In this document: positions 17,704 to 29,304 of the stretch, piece by piece
Position numbering within the stretch: the stretch's first letter is position 1
How the letters are laid out: each line of letters opens with the position of its first letter
Origin: Escherichia coli
Lineage (GTDB): Bacteria; Pseudomonadota; Gammaproteobacteria; Enterobacterales; Enterobacteriaceae
NCBI RefSeq assembly: GCF_041879485.1
Contig: NZ_CP168981.1
Reading direction: 5' to 3' (one strand)
Length of the DNA stretch: 32,000 nt
The notes under the pieces: generated by a model
Databases searched by the model: none
What the model was told of the DNA's origin: nothing
Seen by the model: only the letters and a program-made list of their open reading frames with translations
Position numbers and translations under genes: made by a program

Positions 17704-18024
17704 TTATCCCCGATTTGAATCAGTATTCGCTTTCTTTATGGCATTTAATGCATCTGTGGCATTTTCAATGGTGCACCGTAACGAAATATCAAACTGCCCA
17801 AGCATTGCCAGTAACAAGCCAATATTACCCATGTCAATGCGCATAGCCTTTTCGTCATATTCCTCATTTTCTGACGCATGCCACATCAGGCTACCAATTG
17901 ACGAAACAGCCATTGATATATTGTCAGTAGCCCCATCCGCAGCGGAATAAACCTTTTTAGCAATATCATGCTCACAGTTAAAATGCGGATTAATCAGGTA
18001 CTGGTAATTGGTCATGTCAGGCAT
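17704..18024 (-). CDS. Hypothetical protein (106 aa)
   Basis: MPDMTNYQYLINPHFNCEHDIAKKVYSAADGATDNISMAVSS...; collinear in the early operon, overlaps neighbour by 8 nt. Confidence 0.65.
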   Translation of the reverse strand: MPDMTNYQYLINPHFNCEHDIAKKVYSAADGATDNISMAVSSIGSLMWHASENEEYDEKAMRIDMGNIGLLLAMLGQFDISLRCTIENATDALNAIKKANTDSNRG

Positions 18025-18220
18025 GGAACACCCCCTGACGAATACGGGCGGCGAATACCATCACGCAGCCATCAGGAGATTGCTGACGCGCTTCCTGTTC
18101 GCTGGTGGCCTCGATGGTAATCACGCGCGGTTGTGCCGTGCTCAGGGCGATAAAACGCCAGATGTATTTATTCAGGTTGTGCGAGTCCCGCCCTTGCGGG
18201 TGTATGGTATGATTTCTCAT
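18017..18220 (-). CDS. Icd-like protein (host cell division inhibitor-like, P4-type)
   Basis: MRNHTIHPQGRDSHNLNKYIWRFIALSTAQPRVITIEATSEQEARQQSPDGCVMVFAARIRQGVFHA resembles P4-family Icd-like proteins; longer ORF goes to 18307. Confidence 0.6.
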   Translation of the reverse strand: MRNHTIHPQGRDSHNLNKYIWRFIALSTAQPRVITIEATSEQEARQQSPDGCVMVFAARIRQGVFHA

Positions 18221-18318
18221 AGCTGCCTCGATACTCTCGTTATCGTTGGTGGTTAGACGCCCCGTATGTGTTTCCGGCACTGCGGGGCGTTGCTCTTTGT
18301 ATTTCAAAAATCATTTCG

Positions 18319-18397
18319 GTGTGTTTCATGTTATGAGCGCATGAAACACACGTCAAGGCTTTTTGTATTTCTTTTTTTGTGTATACTGAAACACACC
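18319..18397. promoter_or_regulatory. Operator/promoter region of divergent regulatory genes
   Basis: GTGTGTTTCATG (18319-18330) / CATGAAACACAC (18340-18351) perfect 12-bp arms; further GAAACACACC at 18388-18397 just after TATACT (18382-18387); AGGAG before the ATG at 18418. Confidence 0.65.
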
Positions 18398-18417
18398 GAT
18401 GATTAGGAGTTTCAGAA

Positions 18418-18723
18418 ATGGCAACAGCTAACAAAAACGCAAAATCACAACTGACAACTGTCAGAGTCCCACTAGATGTTATGCAAGGGATGGAATCCGT
18501 TAAGCTGGACGGCGAAAGCAATGCCGGATTTATCGTAACCGCCATGCGCGGAGAAATAGCCCGCCGCCAAGCAGAAGGCAGCGGAGAAAATCCCCTTGTG
18601 TCGTCACTGGATGCCCTGGCTAAGGTCGAACAAATCGGCATCAAAGCAGCGGAAGAAATCGGGCAGCTTGTCACCGTTGCACGCGAAGAACTCCAGCGTC
18701 GCAAGACCAAAGAACCAGAGTAA
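18418..18723 (+). CDS. YlcI/YnfO-like small regulatory protein (putative ribbon-helix-helix)
   Basis: 101 aa; LTTVRVPLDVMQGMESVKLDGESNAGFIVTAMRGEIARRQ; RBS AGGAG; transcribed opposite to neighbours. Confidence 0.6.
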   Translation: MATANKNAKSQLTTVRVPLDVMQGMESVKLDGESNAGFIVTAMRGEIARRQAEGSGENPLVSSLDALAKVEQIGIKAAEEIGQLVTVAREELQRRKTKEPE

Positions 18724-18765
18724 TCACCATCAGCGCCGTGGTGTAAGGTATTACGGCGCATTGCT

Positions 18766-18954
18766 ATGCAGGACAACACAATGACCGATAAAGAATTGAC
18801 CAAAACATTATCACCGGCACGGAAAAGACGGCGCAGAAAGATAGAGCATGAATCAGAAAGATTCGCGCCATGTGCTTTTGCCCTTGAGCAATTCCTTAAA
18901 GAGTACAGGGAAAAGCGCTCATTGCAGGTATGGCAACGAACTGAACCAGACTGA
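18766..18954 (+). CDS. Hypothetical small basic protein (57-62 aa)
   Basis: M(QDNT)MTDKELTKTLSPARKRRRRKIEHESERFAPCAFALEQFLKEYREKRSLQVWQRTEPD, same strand as 18418..18723. Confidence 0.45.
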   Translation: MQDNTMTDKELTKTLSPARKRRRRKIEHESERFAPCAFALEQFLKEYREKRSLQVWQRTEPD

Positions 18955-19051
18955 TAGCATTGCCCACCAGCCTGATAGCGACTATCATTTCCGTTCTTAT
19001 GTTTGGGATCACACACACAAACGGCGCAGCGGGTTATCTGTTCAGAAAGGC

Positions 19052-19077
19052 GGCTCCATTTCGGGACCGCTTTTTTT
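19052..19077 (+). terminator. Putative intrinsic terminator of the rightward regulatory transcript
   Basis: GCGGCTCCATTTCGGGACCGC imperfect hairpin followed by TTTTTTT. Confidence 0.5.
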
Positions 19078-19218
19078 ATTCCTGAAAAACCCCAATTTTG
19101 TTGTTTTTCAGTTTCACCAGGGCGAACGAATCCCCGCCCACGTTCGGGCGCATATTCAATCTTCATGGTTATATCTCTGTATTAGTGGATGTGTGGCGGC
19201 TGCGTGCCGCCAGCGTGA

Positions 19219-19407
19219 TTAATGAACTGCCTTGCAGCTATCCTTCCAGGCCAGAACCTCGGATAAAGACCAGCCAACGGAACGACCGCCAAGTTTACGA
19301 CGTGATGGGAATTGTCCGGCCTTTTCCAGGCGGTAGCGGCATGAGCGGCTAAGGCCTGTTAGCTTTTCGCATTCTTTTTCACGTATAAACCGATCAGTGC
19401 TTAACAC
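19219..19407 (-). CDS. alpA: AlpA-family transcriptional regulator
   Basis: 62 aa; DRFIREKECEKLTGLSRSCRYRLEKAGQFPSRRKLGGRSVGWSLSEVLAWKDS, classical AlpA HTH pattern. Confidence 0.92.
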   Translation of the reverse strand: MLSTDRFIREKECEKLTGLSRSCRYRLEKAGQFPSRRKLGGRSVGWSLSEVLAWKDSCKAVH

Positions 19408-19689
19408 TATTGCCCCCTTTCGTTTCTTAAAGAGTTATTTCGTGTTCTATTGCGTTGGGATGTGTCTGATTGTGTCAGGATGATTCAGAGTTGGCAAATG
19501 TTGAGGCTGTATGGTTTACAGAAAGAGGAATAATCAGGATAAAATCATTTAAATTCATGTTAATACAAAGGCATAAAATATTGTTTAATGCCTTTTTTCT
19601 CGCTATTTAAAGAGTGATTCGCTAGTGTATAAAAAACCAGTAACACATTAAAAATCAGCTACTTATAAATCTGTACACTTTTTCGCCTC

Positions 19690-19729
19690 TTGTTCGTAGT
19701 TGTTCCGCATTGTTGCTCATTGTTGCACG
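19690..19729 (+). repeat. Four tandem 10-bp TTGTTC/G repeats between int and alpA
   Basis: TTGTTCGTAG|TTGTTCCGCA|TTGTTGCTCA|TTGTTGCACG. Confidence 0.75.
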
Positions 19730-19781
19730 CTGTATCTGTTCGCATATCCAGTATGCGCATACTGAAAAAATACGAAAAAAA

Positions 19782-21011
19782 TTATTTTCTTCTGGCTACT
19801 GGTAGCGTGGTTACGTTTTCATGTGTTCCCGCCAGTATCCCTAACCGCTCCATCCACATATCCAGCGCATTGCGTTTAGCATCCAGATAACGGGAATGAT
19901 TATAAACTCGCTGCATTCCTGGCATCTGGTGGCCTGTAAGCTGCTCCACGACATGCGGATCAACGCCTAAATCGTTCAGCATGGTTGTAAAGGTGCGCCG
20001 GATGTCATGCAGTGACCAGTGAGGGTGATTAAGCCTCCTGTGCGCTAATCTTCCATACTGCGATACGCTGGCCTCCTGTTTCACTGCCCCCAGCAATAAG
20101 CCCGTGTGCCTGTTCTGCTCCACCAGCTGCGTGACGAACGGCAGGATCGCTTCCGGTATGGGCCGGAATATTGCGACCTTCGTTTTGCTGTGCTCCTTCG
20201 GAACGGTCCATAGCATTTCCGTAAAATCCCACTCCCCGATCTCCGATAACCTCAGTTCTACCGTTCTGGCTCCGAAGACAATCAGGAGGCGGATTAACGC
20301 GACGTAGTAAGGGGAAAATATTTTTTTATCCAGCGCCTGCAATAACTCGCCCAGTTCTTTGGTGCTTAAGACACGTTCGCTTATATCCGGTTTTTTCCCA
20401 ACGTCCGCCACGTTCAGATCGTCCAGAACGTTGCTGATTGCATAGCGCCGCCTACGGCAGAACTTAAGCGCCTGTTTGCACGCCTGTAGCACGAATCCGG
20501 CAGTAACAGGCGTTCGCTTTGCCACCTGGTCAAAACAGGCCAGCCAGTGCCGTAGCTCGCATTTATCCAGCGGCATAGCACCAATCTGCTGTATTACGTG
20601 ATTATTAAGTCGCCTTTTCAGGGCGATATAATCCACGCGGTTTTCCTTTACGTAATACTCAAGCCAGTAGGTGAGCGCATCGCCAACCGTTACGGGCTTT
20701 AACGCTTCCTGTACGGTGTAATTCATCTCATGACGTGGATTTTTCCCCTCAGCCAGCCATGTGCGACACTGTGCGGCTTTTTCCCTGGCTGCTTTCAGGC
20801 TCAGATCAGGATAACTTCCCAGCTTAATGCGTTCGGGTCGTGTCTCCCTTCCCGTTCCGGCCCTGTATGTGAAATACCAGGTCAATTTCCCTGATGTTAA
20901 ATATTTCACGCTCAGGTTTCCGCCATCACTATAAAACGTGTTTTTCTCCGCTGGCTTACCATGAAGTTTCCTTAGCAAGGTATCGCTCAGTTTGTTCATT
21001 GCTCTGCTCAC
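19782..21011 (-). CDS. int: Tyrosine recombinase/integrase with N-terminal arm-binding domain
   Basis: 409 aa; catalytic pattern ARTVELRLSEI, LHDIRRTF, QLTGHQ, RVYNHSRY; located at the right end of the element. Confidence 0.95.
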   Translation of the reverse strand: MSRAMNKLSDTLLRKLHGKPAEKNTFYSDGGNLSVKYLTSGKLTWYFTYRAGTGRETRPERIKLGSYPDLSLKAAREKAAQCRTWLAEGKNPRHEMNYTVQEALKPVTVGDALTYWLEYYVKENRVDYIALKRRLNNHVIQQIGAMPLDKCELRHWLACFDQVAKRTPVTAGFVLQACKQALKFCRRRRYAISNVLDDLNVADVGKKPDISERVLSTKELGELLQALDKKIFSPYYVALIRLLIVFGARTVELRLSEIGEWDFTEMLWTVPKEHSKTKVAIFRPIPEAILPFVTQLVEQNRHTGLLLGAVKQEASVSQYGRLAHRRLNHPHWSLHDIRRTFTTMLNDLGVDPHVVEQLTGHQMPGMQRVYNHSRYLDAKRNALDMWMERLGILAGTHENVTTLPVARRK

Positions 21012-21036
21012 GTTTTACCCCCTCTTTACGAAAAAG

Positions 21037-21058
21037 TGACTACACCAGTGACTACACC
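21037..21058 (+). repeat. Paired TGACTACACC repeats, candidate integrase arm-type sites (right)
   Basis: TGACTACACC at 21037-21046 and 21049-21058; overlaps the int 5' region. Confidence 0.6.
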
Positions 21059-21071
21059 GATCGTTGCACAA

Positions 21072-21101
21072 AGGGCTACAACGTGAAACAAGCTGGAACA
21101 A
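21072..21101 (-). repeat. Tandem 10-bp TTGTTYCACG-like repeats, right-end copy
   Basis: Plus strand AGGGCTACAA|CGTGAAACAA|GCTGGAACAA. Confidence 0.65.
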
Positions 21102-21186
21102 GGAAAATCACAAATCTGTTGATAATCAAAAACATAATGCACAGCCTGAAACATTATGAAACAGCAAAAAACACTAAATGATAAAA

Positions 21187-21195
21187 TGCTGTTAT
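21187..21195 (+). other. Right attachment core (9-bp direct repeat copy 2)
   Basis: TGCTGTTAT, followed by tqsA sequence TCTTAACCCGCTGGTGCAACACATGG. Confidence 0.85.
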
Positions 21196-22093
21196 TCTTA
21201 ACCCGCTGGTGCAACACATGGTCCGCTGGCGAGTGCCGCGTGTACTGGCGGTGTCGATTTTGATGACCATCATCGTGATGGCGATGGTGTTGCTATTAGC
21301 TTATCTGGGTTCCGCGCTCAACGAGTTGACGCGGACGTTACCGCAATATCGCAACTCTATTATGACGCCGCTGCAAGCTCTTGAGCCGTTGTTGCAACGC
21401 GTAGGGATTGACGTCTCAGTTGACCAGCTGGCGCATTACATTGATCCGAACGCGGCGATGACGTTGCTCACCAACTTATTGACGCAGTTATCTAATGCCA
21501 TGTCATCAATATTTTTATTGCTGCTGACGGTGCTGTTTATGCTGCTCGAAGTGCCACAATTGCCCGGAAAATTTCAGCAAATGATGGCGCGTCCGGTTGA
21601 AGGGATGGCGGCGATTCAACGTGCAATTGACAGTGTTTCTCATTATCTGGTGCTGAAAACAGCCATCAGCATCATCACCGGCCTGGTCGCCTGGGCGATG
21701 CTCGCCGCACTCGATGTTCGCTTCGCTTTTGTCTGGGGATTGCTGGCCTTTGCGCTTAATTACATCCCTAATATTGGTTCAGTTCTCGCGGCAATCCCCC
21801 CTATCGCTCAGGTACTGGTGTTTAATGGCTTCTACGAAGCGTTGCTGGTGCTGGCGGGATATCTGCTGATTAATCTGGTCTTCGGCAATATTCTGGAGCC
21901 GCGCATCATGGGACGTGGGCTGGGGCTTTCCACATTGGTGGTATTTTTGTCGTTGATTTTTTGGGGATGGTTGTTAGGACCGGTGGGTATGCTGCTTTCC
22001 GTGCCGTTAACAATTATTGTCAAAATTGCGCTTGAACAAACAGCGGGAGGTCAAAGCATCGCCGTTCTGTTAAGCGATCTCAATAAAGAGTGA
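21187..22093 (+). pseudogene. tqsA: tqsA (ydgG) 3' fragment, AI-2 exporter remainder
   Basis: Encodes ...[55 protein letters not shown]...LLSDLNKE; in-frame stop TAA at 21182-21184 upstream. A GTG at 21209 could restart translation. Confidence 0.92.
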
Positions 22094-22117
22094 CGGCCTC
22101 CGCAGAGGCCGTCAGGG

Positions 22118-23509
<1,392 letters not shown>

Positions 23510-23516
23510 TTACCCC

Positions 23517-25112
<1,596 letters not shown>

Positions 25113-25572
25113 TCATGTACGAGCTAAATGTTACTCCGTTAAAATAAATTAGTAACAAACGCCCTATAACGTACTGAAAATTATGCCTGTGATCTAGCGC
25201 CAAAAATCAGTATTTCGGCGTGAACTCGCAAAATATTAACGATTCAGCCGTGATAGTGGGATAAACACCTTAGAACGCCGGATAAAGACTGATAATTGTC
25301 TTCGACGGTCGGGTAAAACGAGACATCGCCCCGGCACGAATCACTACTTAACATTAAATTAACTTATACAATTCAGTTGCTTCAGTAGTAATGATGCTGA
25401 TACGGCTGTTTTTTAAGCATAGACGGTCATTTGAGCAGGATTAAAATTGGCTTAAGGAATGTGATATGAAAAATGACGCAGACAGTTACACCGTTTAAAT
25501 GCAATAATCAGCCACGTTTCTCGTTAATAACAATACCAGTACCTGGTTTGCGCAAGGCGAAGGATTATTTTT

Positions 25573-26517
25573 ATGAAGCTTAAGAACACCCTCCTGGCGT
25601 CGGCACTGCTTTCTGCTACGGCATTCTCCGTTAACGCAGCAACAGAACTGACACCGGAGCAAGCGGCAGCGGTTAAACCTTTTGACCGTGTAGTGGTTAC
25701 CGGTCGTTTTAATGCTATTGGCGAAGCGGTGAAAGCCGTTTCTCGTCGCGCAGATAAAGAAGGTGCCGCCTCTTTTTATGTTGTCGACACTTCTGATTTT
25801 GGTAACAGCGGTAACTGGCGTGTGGTCGCTGACCTCTATAAAGCCGATGCTGAAAAAGCAGAAGAAACAAGTAATCGCGTAATTAACGGTGTTGTCGAAC
25901 TGCCGAAAGATCAGGCTGTTCTGATTGAACCGTTTGACACGGTCACCGTCCAGGGCTTCTATCGTAGCCAGCCAGAAGTCAATGATGCCATCACCAAAGC
26001 AGCAAAAGCGAAAGGTGCCTACTCTTTCTACATTGTTCGTCAAATCGATGCCAACCAGGGCGGCAACCAGCGTATTACTGCATTCATCTATAAAAAAGAT
26101 GCTAAGAAACGTATCGTCCAGAGCCCGGATGTGATCCCGGCAGATTCCGAAGCAGGACGTGCAGCTCTGGCTGCCGGTGGCGAAGCCGCGAAGAAAGTTG
26201 AGATCCCAGGTGTTGCGACTACCGCATCACCAAGTTCTGAAGTCGGTCGTTTCTTTGAAACCCAGTCATCAAAAGGCGGACGTTACACTGTCACGCTTCC
26301 TGACGGCACTAAAGTCGAAGAACTGAACAAAGCGACAGCAGCGATGATGGTCCCGTTCGACAGCATCAAATTCTCTGGCAACTACGGCAACATGACCGAA
26401 GTCTCCTATCAGGTTGCGAAACGTGCCGCGAAGAAAGGTGCTAAGTATTACCACATCACCCGCCAGTGGCAGGAACGTGGTAATAACCTGACCGTCAGCG
26501 CAGATCTGTATAAATAA
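25573..26517 (+). CDS. ydgH: Periplasmic DUF1471-repeat protein YdgH
   Basis: 314 aa, signal peptide MKLKNTLLASALLSATAFSVNA; three YhcN/DUF1471-like repeats. Confidence 0.93.
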   Translation: MKLKNTLLASALLSATAFSVNAATELTPEQAAAVKPFDRVVVTGRFNAIGEAVKAVSRRADKEGAASFYVVDTSDFGNSGNWRVVADLYKADAEKAEETSNRVINGVVELPKDQAVLIEPFDTVTVQGFYRSQPEVNDAITKAAKAKGAYSFYIVRQIDANQGGNQRITAFIYKKDAKKRIVQSPDVIPADSEAGRAALAAGGEAAKKVEIPGVATTASPSSEVGRFFETQSSKGGRYTVTLPDGTKVEELNKATAAMMVPFDSIKFSGNYGNMTEVSYQVAKRAAKKGAKYYHITRQWQERGNNLTVSADLYK

Positions 26518-26702
26518 CTATTCAGTTACTCCTATAAGGCGGCTTGATGCCGCCTTTCGCATTTTTAGTCACAAATTTCCCCGCGACCATTGCATGCAGA
26601 CACATCTCTTCGTAAAATCCCGCGCTTCAGTGGCAAACTCCATTTTTATGCGTTTTGCCCTAATATTTATTCTTCTTATCACGTTTTAATCACTGGATAT
26701 CG

Positions 26703-28085
26703 ATGGAAAAGAAACTGGGACTGAGCGCACTCACCGCGCTGGTATTAAGCTCAATGCTGGGCGCGGGTGTTTTCAGTCTGCCGCAAAATATGGCGGCAGT
26801 TGCCAGCCCGGCAGCACTGCTCATCGGCTGGGGTATTACTGGCGCTGGCATTTTATTGCTGGCCTTTGCCATGCTGATCCTCACGCGCATTCGTCCCGAA
26901 CTTGACGGCGGTATCTTTACCTATGCCCGCGAAGGGTTTGGCGAGCTAATCGGCTTTTGTTCCGCATGGGGATACTGGCTGTGCGCAGTCATCGCCAACG
27001 TCTCCTATCTGGTGATCGTTTTTTCCGCGTTAAGCTTTTTTACGGACACGCCGGAATTGCGCCTGTTCGGCGATGGTAATACCTGGCAATCGATAGTCGG
27101 TGCATCGGCTTTATTGTGGATTGTTCACTTTTTGATCCTGCGCGGGGTGCAAACCGCTGCCAGCATTAACCTGGTGGCGACACTGGCAAAATTGTTGCCG
27201 CTGGGTCTGTTTGTTGTGCTGGCGATGATGATGTTCAAACTGGATACCTTCAAGCTCGACTTCACCGGACTTGCACTTGGCGTACCCGTGTGGGAACAGG
27301 TGAAAAACACCATGCTGATCACCCTGTGGGTTTTCATTGGTGTGGAAGGTGCCGTGGTTGTTTCTGCGCGTGCGCGTAATAAACGTGATGTTGGCAAAGC
27401 GACACTGCTGGCGGTTCTCTCCGCTCTGGGCGTTTACTTGCTGGTAACGCTGCTTTCGCTGGGCGTGGTGGCACGTCCTGAACTGGCTGAAATTCGTAAC
27501 CCGTCAATGGCCGGTCTGATGGTGGAAATGATGGGACCATGGGGCGAAATCATCATCGCTGCCGGTTTGATCGTTTCCGTTTGCGGCGCGTACTTAAGCT
27601 GGACCATCATGGCGGCAGAAGTTCCGTTCCTGGCTGCCACTCATAAAGCATTCCCACGCATTTTTGCGCGCCAGAACGCACAAGCTGCGCCATCCGCCTC
27701 GCTGTGGTTGACCAACATCTGCGTGCAAATTTGTCTGGTACTCATCTGGCTGACCGGTTCCGATTACAACACGTTGCTGACCATCGCCTCAGAAATGATT
27801 CTGGTGCCCTATTTCCTGGTCGGCGCGTTCTTGCTGAAAATCGCAACCCGTCCACTGCATAAAGCGGTAGGTGTCGGTGCCTGCATTTATGGCTTATGGT
27901 TATTGTATGCCTCTGGTCCAATGCACTTGCTGTTATCCGTTGTTCTGTATGCGCCGGGGCTGCTGGTTTTCCTGTATGCGCGCAAAACGCATACACATGA
28001 TAATGTACTGAACCGTCAGGAAATGGTGCTGATTGGCATGCTGTTAATTGCCTCAGTTCCGGCGACCTGGATGCTGGTGGGATAA
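26703..28085 (+). CDS. ydgI: Basic amino acid/polyamine antiporter YdgI (ArcD-type)
   Basis: 460 aa APC family, MEKKLGLSALTALVLSSMLGAGVFSLPQNMAAVASPAALLIGW. Confidence 0.92.
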   Translation: MEKKLGLSALTALVLSSMLGAGVFSLPQNMAAVASPAALLIGWGITGAGILLLAFAMLILTRIRPELDGGIFTYAREGFGELIGFCSAWGYWLCAVIANVSYLVIVFSALSFFTDTPELRLFGDGNTWQSIVGASALLWIVHFLILRGVQTAASINLVATLAKLLPLGLFVVLAMMMFKLDTFKLDFTGLALGVPVWEQVKNTMLITLWVFIGVEGAVVVSARARNKRDVGKATLLAVLSALGVYLLVTLLSLGVVARPELAEIRNPSMAGLMVEMMGPWGEIIIAAGLIVSVCGAYLSWTIMAAEVPFLAATHKAFPRIFARQNAQAAPSASLWLTNICVQICLVLIWLTGSDYNTLLTIASEMILVPYFLVGAFLLKIATRPLHKAVGVGACIYGLWLLYASGPMHLLLSVVLYAPGLLVFLYARKTHTHDNVLNRQEMVLIGMLLIASVPATWMLVG

Positions 28086-28121
28086 CGTTCATACCATCGT
28101 TGGATAGCAAAGGAGATAACG

Positions 28122-28844
28122 ATGGGTAAAGCCCAGCCCTTGCCAATATTAATTACTGGCGGAGGTCGTCGCATCGGCCTCGCCCTCGCCTGGCATTTCA
28201 TTAATCAAAAGCAACCGGTGATTGTCAGCTATCGGACGCACTATCCAGCCATTGATGGACTGATTAAGGCAGGTGCGCAGTGTATTCAGGCTGATTTTTC
28301 GACCAACGACGGTGTGATGGCGTTTGCCGATGAAGTACTAAAAAGCACCCATGGTCTGCGTGCTATTTTGCATAACGCCAGTGCGTGGATGGCGGAAAAA
28401 CCAGGTACACCACTGGCCGACGTACTGGCTTGCATGATGCAGATCCACGTTAATACCCCATACCTGCTCAACCATGCGCTGGAAAGATTACTGCGTGGGC
28501 ACGGACACGCCGCCAGCGATATCATTCACTTTACCGATTATGTGGTGGAGCGCGGTAGCGACAAACATGTTGCGTATGCTGCAAGCAAAGCGGCACTGGA
28601 TAATATGACCCGCTCGTTTGCCCGCAAGCTGGCACCGGAAGTGAAAGTGAATTCTATTGCGCCATCGCTGATCCTGTTTAATGAACATGATGATGCCGAA
28701 TATCGACAACAGGCGCTGAATAAATCACTGATGAAAACCGCGCCTGGCGAGAAAGAAGTGATCGACCTGGTCGATTACTTACTTACCAGCTGCTTTGTCA
28801 CCGGACGCAGTTTCCCACTTGATGGCGGTCGTCATCTGCGTTAA
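28122..28844 (+). CDS. folM: Dihydromonapterin/dihydrofolate reductase FolM (SDR)
   Basis: 240 aa; PILITGGGRRIGLALAWHFINQKQPVIVSYR and YAASKAALDNMTRSFA. Confidence 0.94.
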   Translation: MGKAQPLPILITGGGRRIGLALAWHFINQKQPVIVSYRTHYPAIDGLIKAGAQCIQADFSTNDGVMAFADEVLKSTHGLRAILHNASAWMAEKPGTPLADVLACMMQIHVNTPYLLNHALERLLRGHGHAASDIIHFTDYVVERGSDKHVAYAASKAALDNMTRSFARKLAPEVKVNSIAPSLILFNEHDDAEYRQQALNKSLMKTAPGEKEVIDLVDYLLTSCFVTGRSFPLDGGRHLR

Positions 28845-29176
28845 TGCAGCTTTATCCAGCATATAATCAACACCCATGCGCTTATCCCCCAACACGCAAC
28901 AGAACCAACAAAAGCGGCGGGCAAGCGCATCATTCCGGTGAAATACCACAGCGACACCAGGTAAACAAAATAGGGAATAATCGACCACATACTAAAAATG
29001 ATGGTTGCGCGTAAGGCTTCAATGCCGCGTTCGCTGGCAACAATATAATGCGCGATAAGCGCAAAGGTCGGGAAAAGTGGAATCAGCCCGGCGATATAAT
29101 AATTTTTCGTTTTTGCTAAAACACCAATCAACAGCACTACCAGCGCACCGAGCGCGGCTTTGATTACCAGCCCCAT
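28841..29176 (-). CDS. ydgC: Inner membrane protein YdgC (GlpM-like)
   Basis: 111 aa, MGLVIKAALGALVVLLIGVLAKTKNYYIAGLIPLFPTFALIAHYIV. Confidence 0.92.
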   Translation of the reverse strand: MGLVIKAALGALVVLLIGVLAKTKNYYIAGLIPLFPTFALIAHYIVASERGIEALRATIIFSMWSIIPYFVYLVSLWYFTGMMRLPAAFVGSVACWGISAWVLIICWIKLH

Positions 29177-29231
29177 CTTTTTACCTTAACACTTCCATAA
29201 CAAGTCATCAGTAGAATACCTGATGAAAACT

Positions 29232-29248
29232 TGTTTAGAAACGATTGA
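29232..29248 (+). promoter_or_regulatory. Putative PhoP box upstream of rstA
   Basis: TGTTTA-GAAAC-GATTGA resembles the (T/G)GTTTA-N5-(T/G)GTTTA consensus; rstAB is a known PhoP-regulated operon. Confidence 0.6.
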
Positions 29249-29304
29249 TAGTAAGTAAAAACAGCGCGGTGTATTGTGACGTTTTTATATCTACCGTGAA
29301 TGTT

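Larger units (their letters stand above)
6309..21195. mobile_element. Integrated phage satellite, capsid-forming PICI type (~14.9 kb)
   Basis: Interrupts tqsA between two TGCTGTTAT copies; integrase at the right end; alpA, P4-type primase, SSB, HK97-type capsid genes, HNH, TerS and TerL present; no tail or lysis genes. Confidence 0.9.

Noticed and set aside
18240-19166. 308-aa minus-strand ORF
   Set aside because: The supplied translation does not fit the listed span as a simple single gene of known type, and it covers the better supported plus-strand 18418..18723 gene and the operator; likely spurious.
18848-19222. 124-aa plus-strand ORF, considered as an Ash-like protein
   Set aside because: It runs through the putative terminator at 19052-19077 and overlaps both the 18766..18954 ORF and the alpA end; similarity too weak to call.
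6309-21195. Island as an ordinary defective lambdoid or HK97 prophage
   Set aside because: Gene content is compact and intact, has alpA plus P4-type replication, has no CI/Cro/N/Q region and no tail or lysis remnants, and the structural gene order differs from HK97-like phages.
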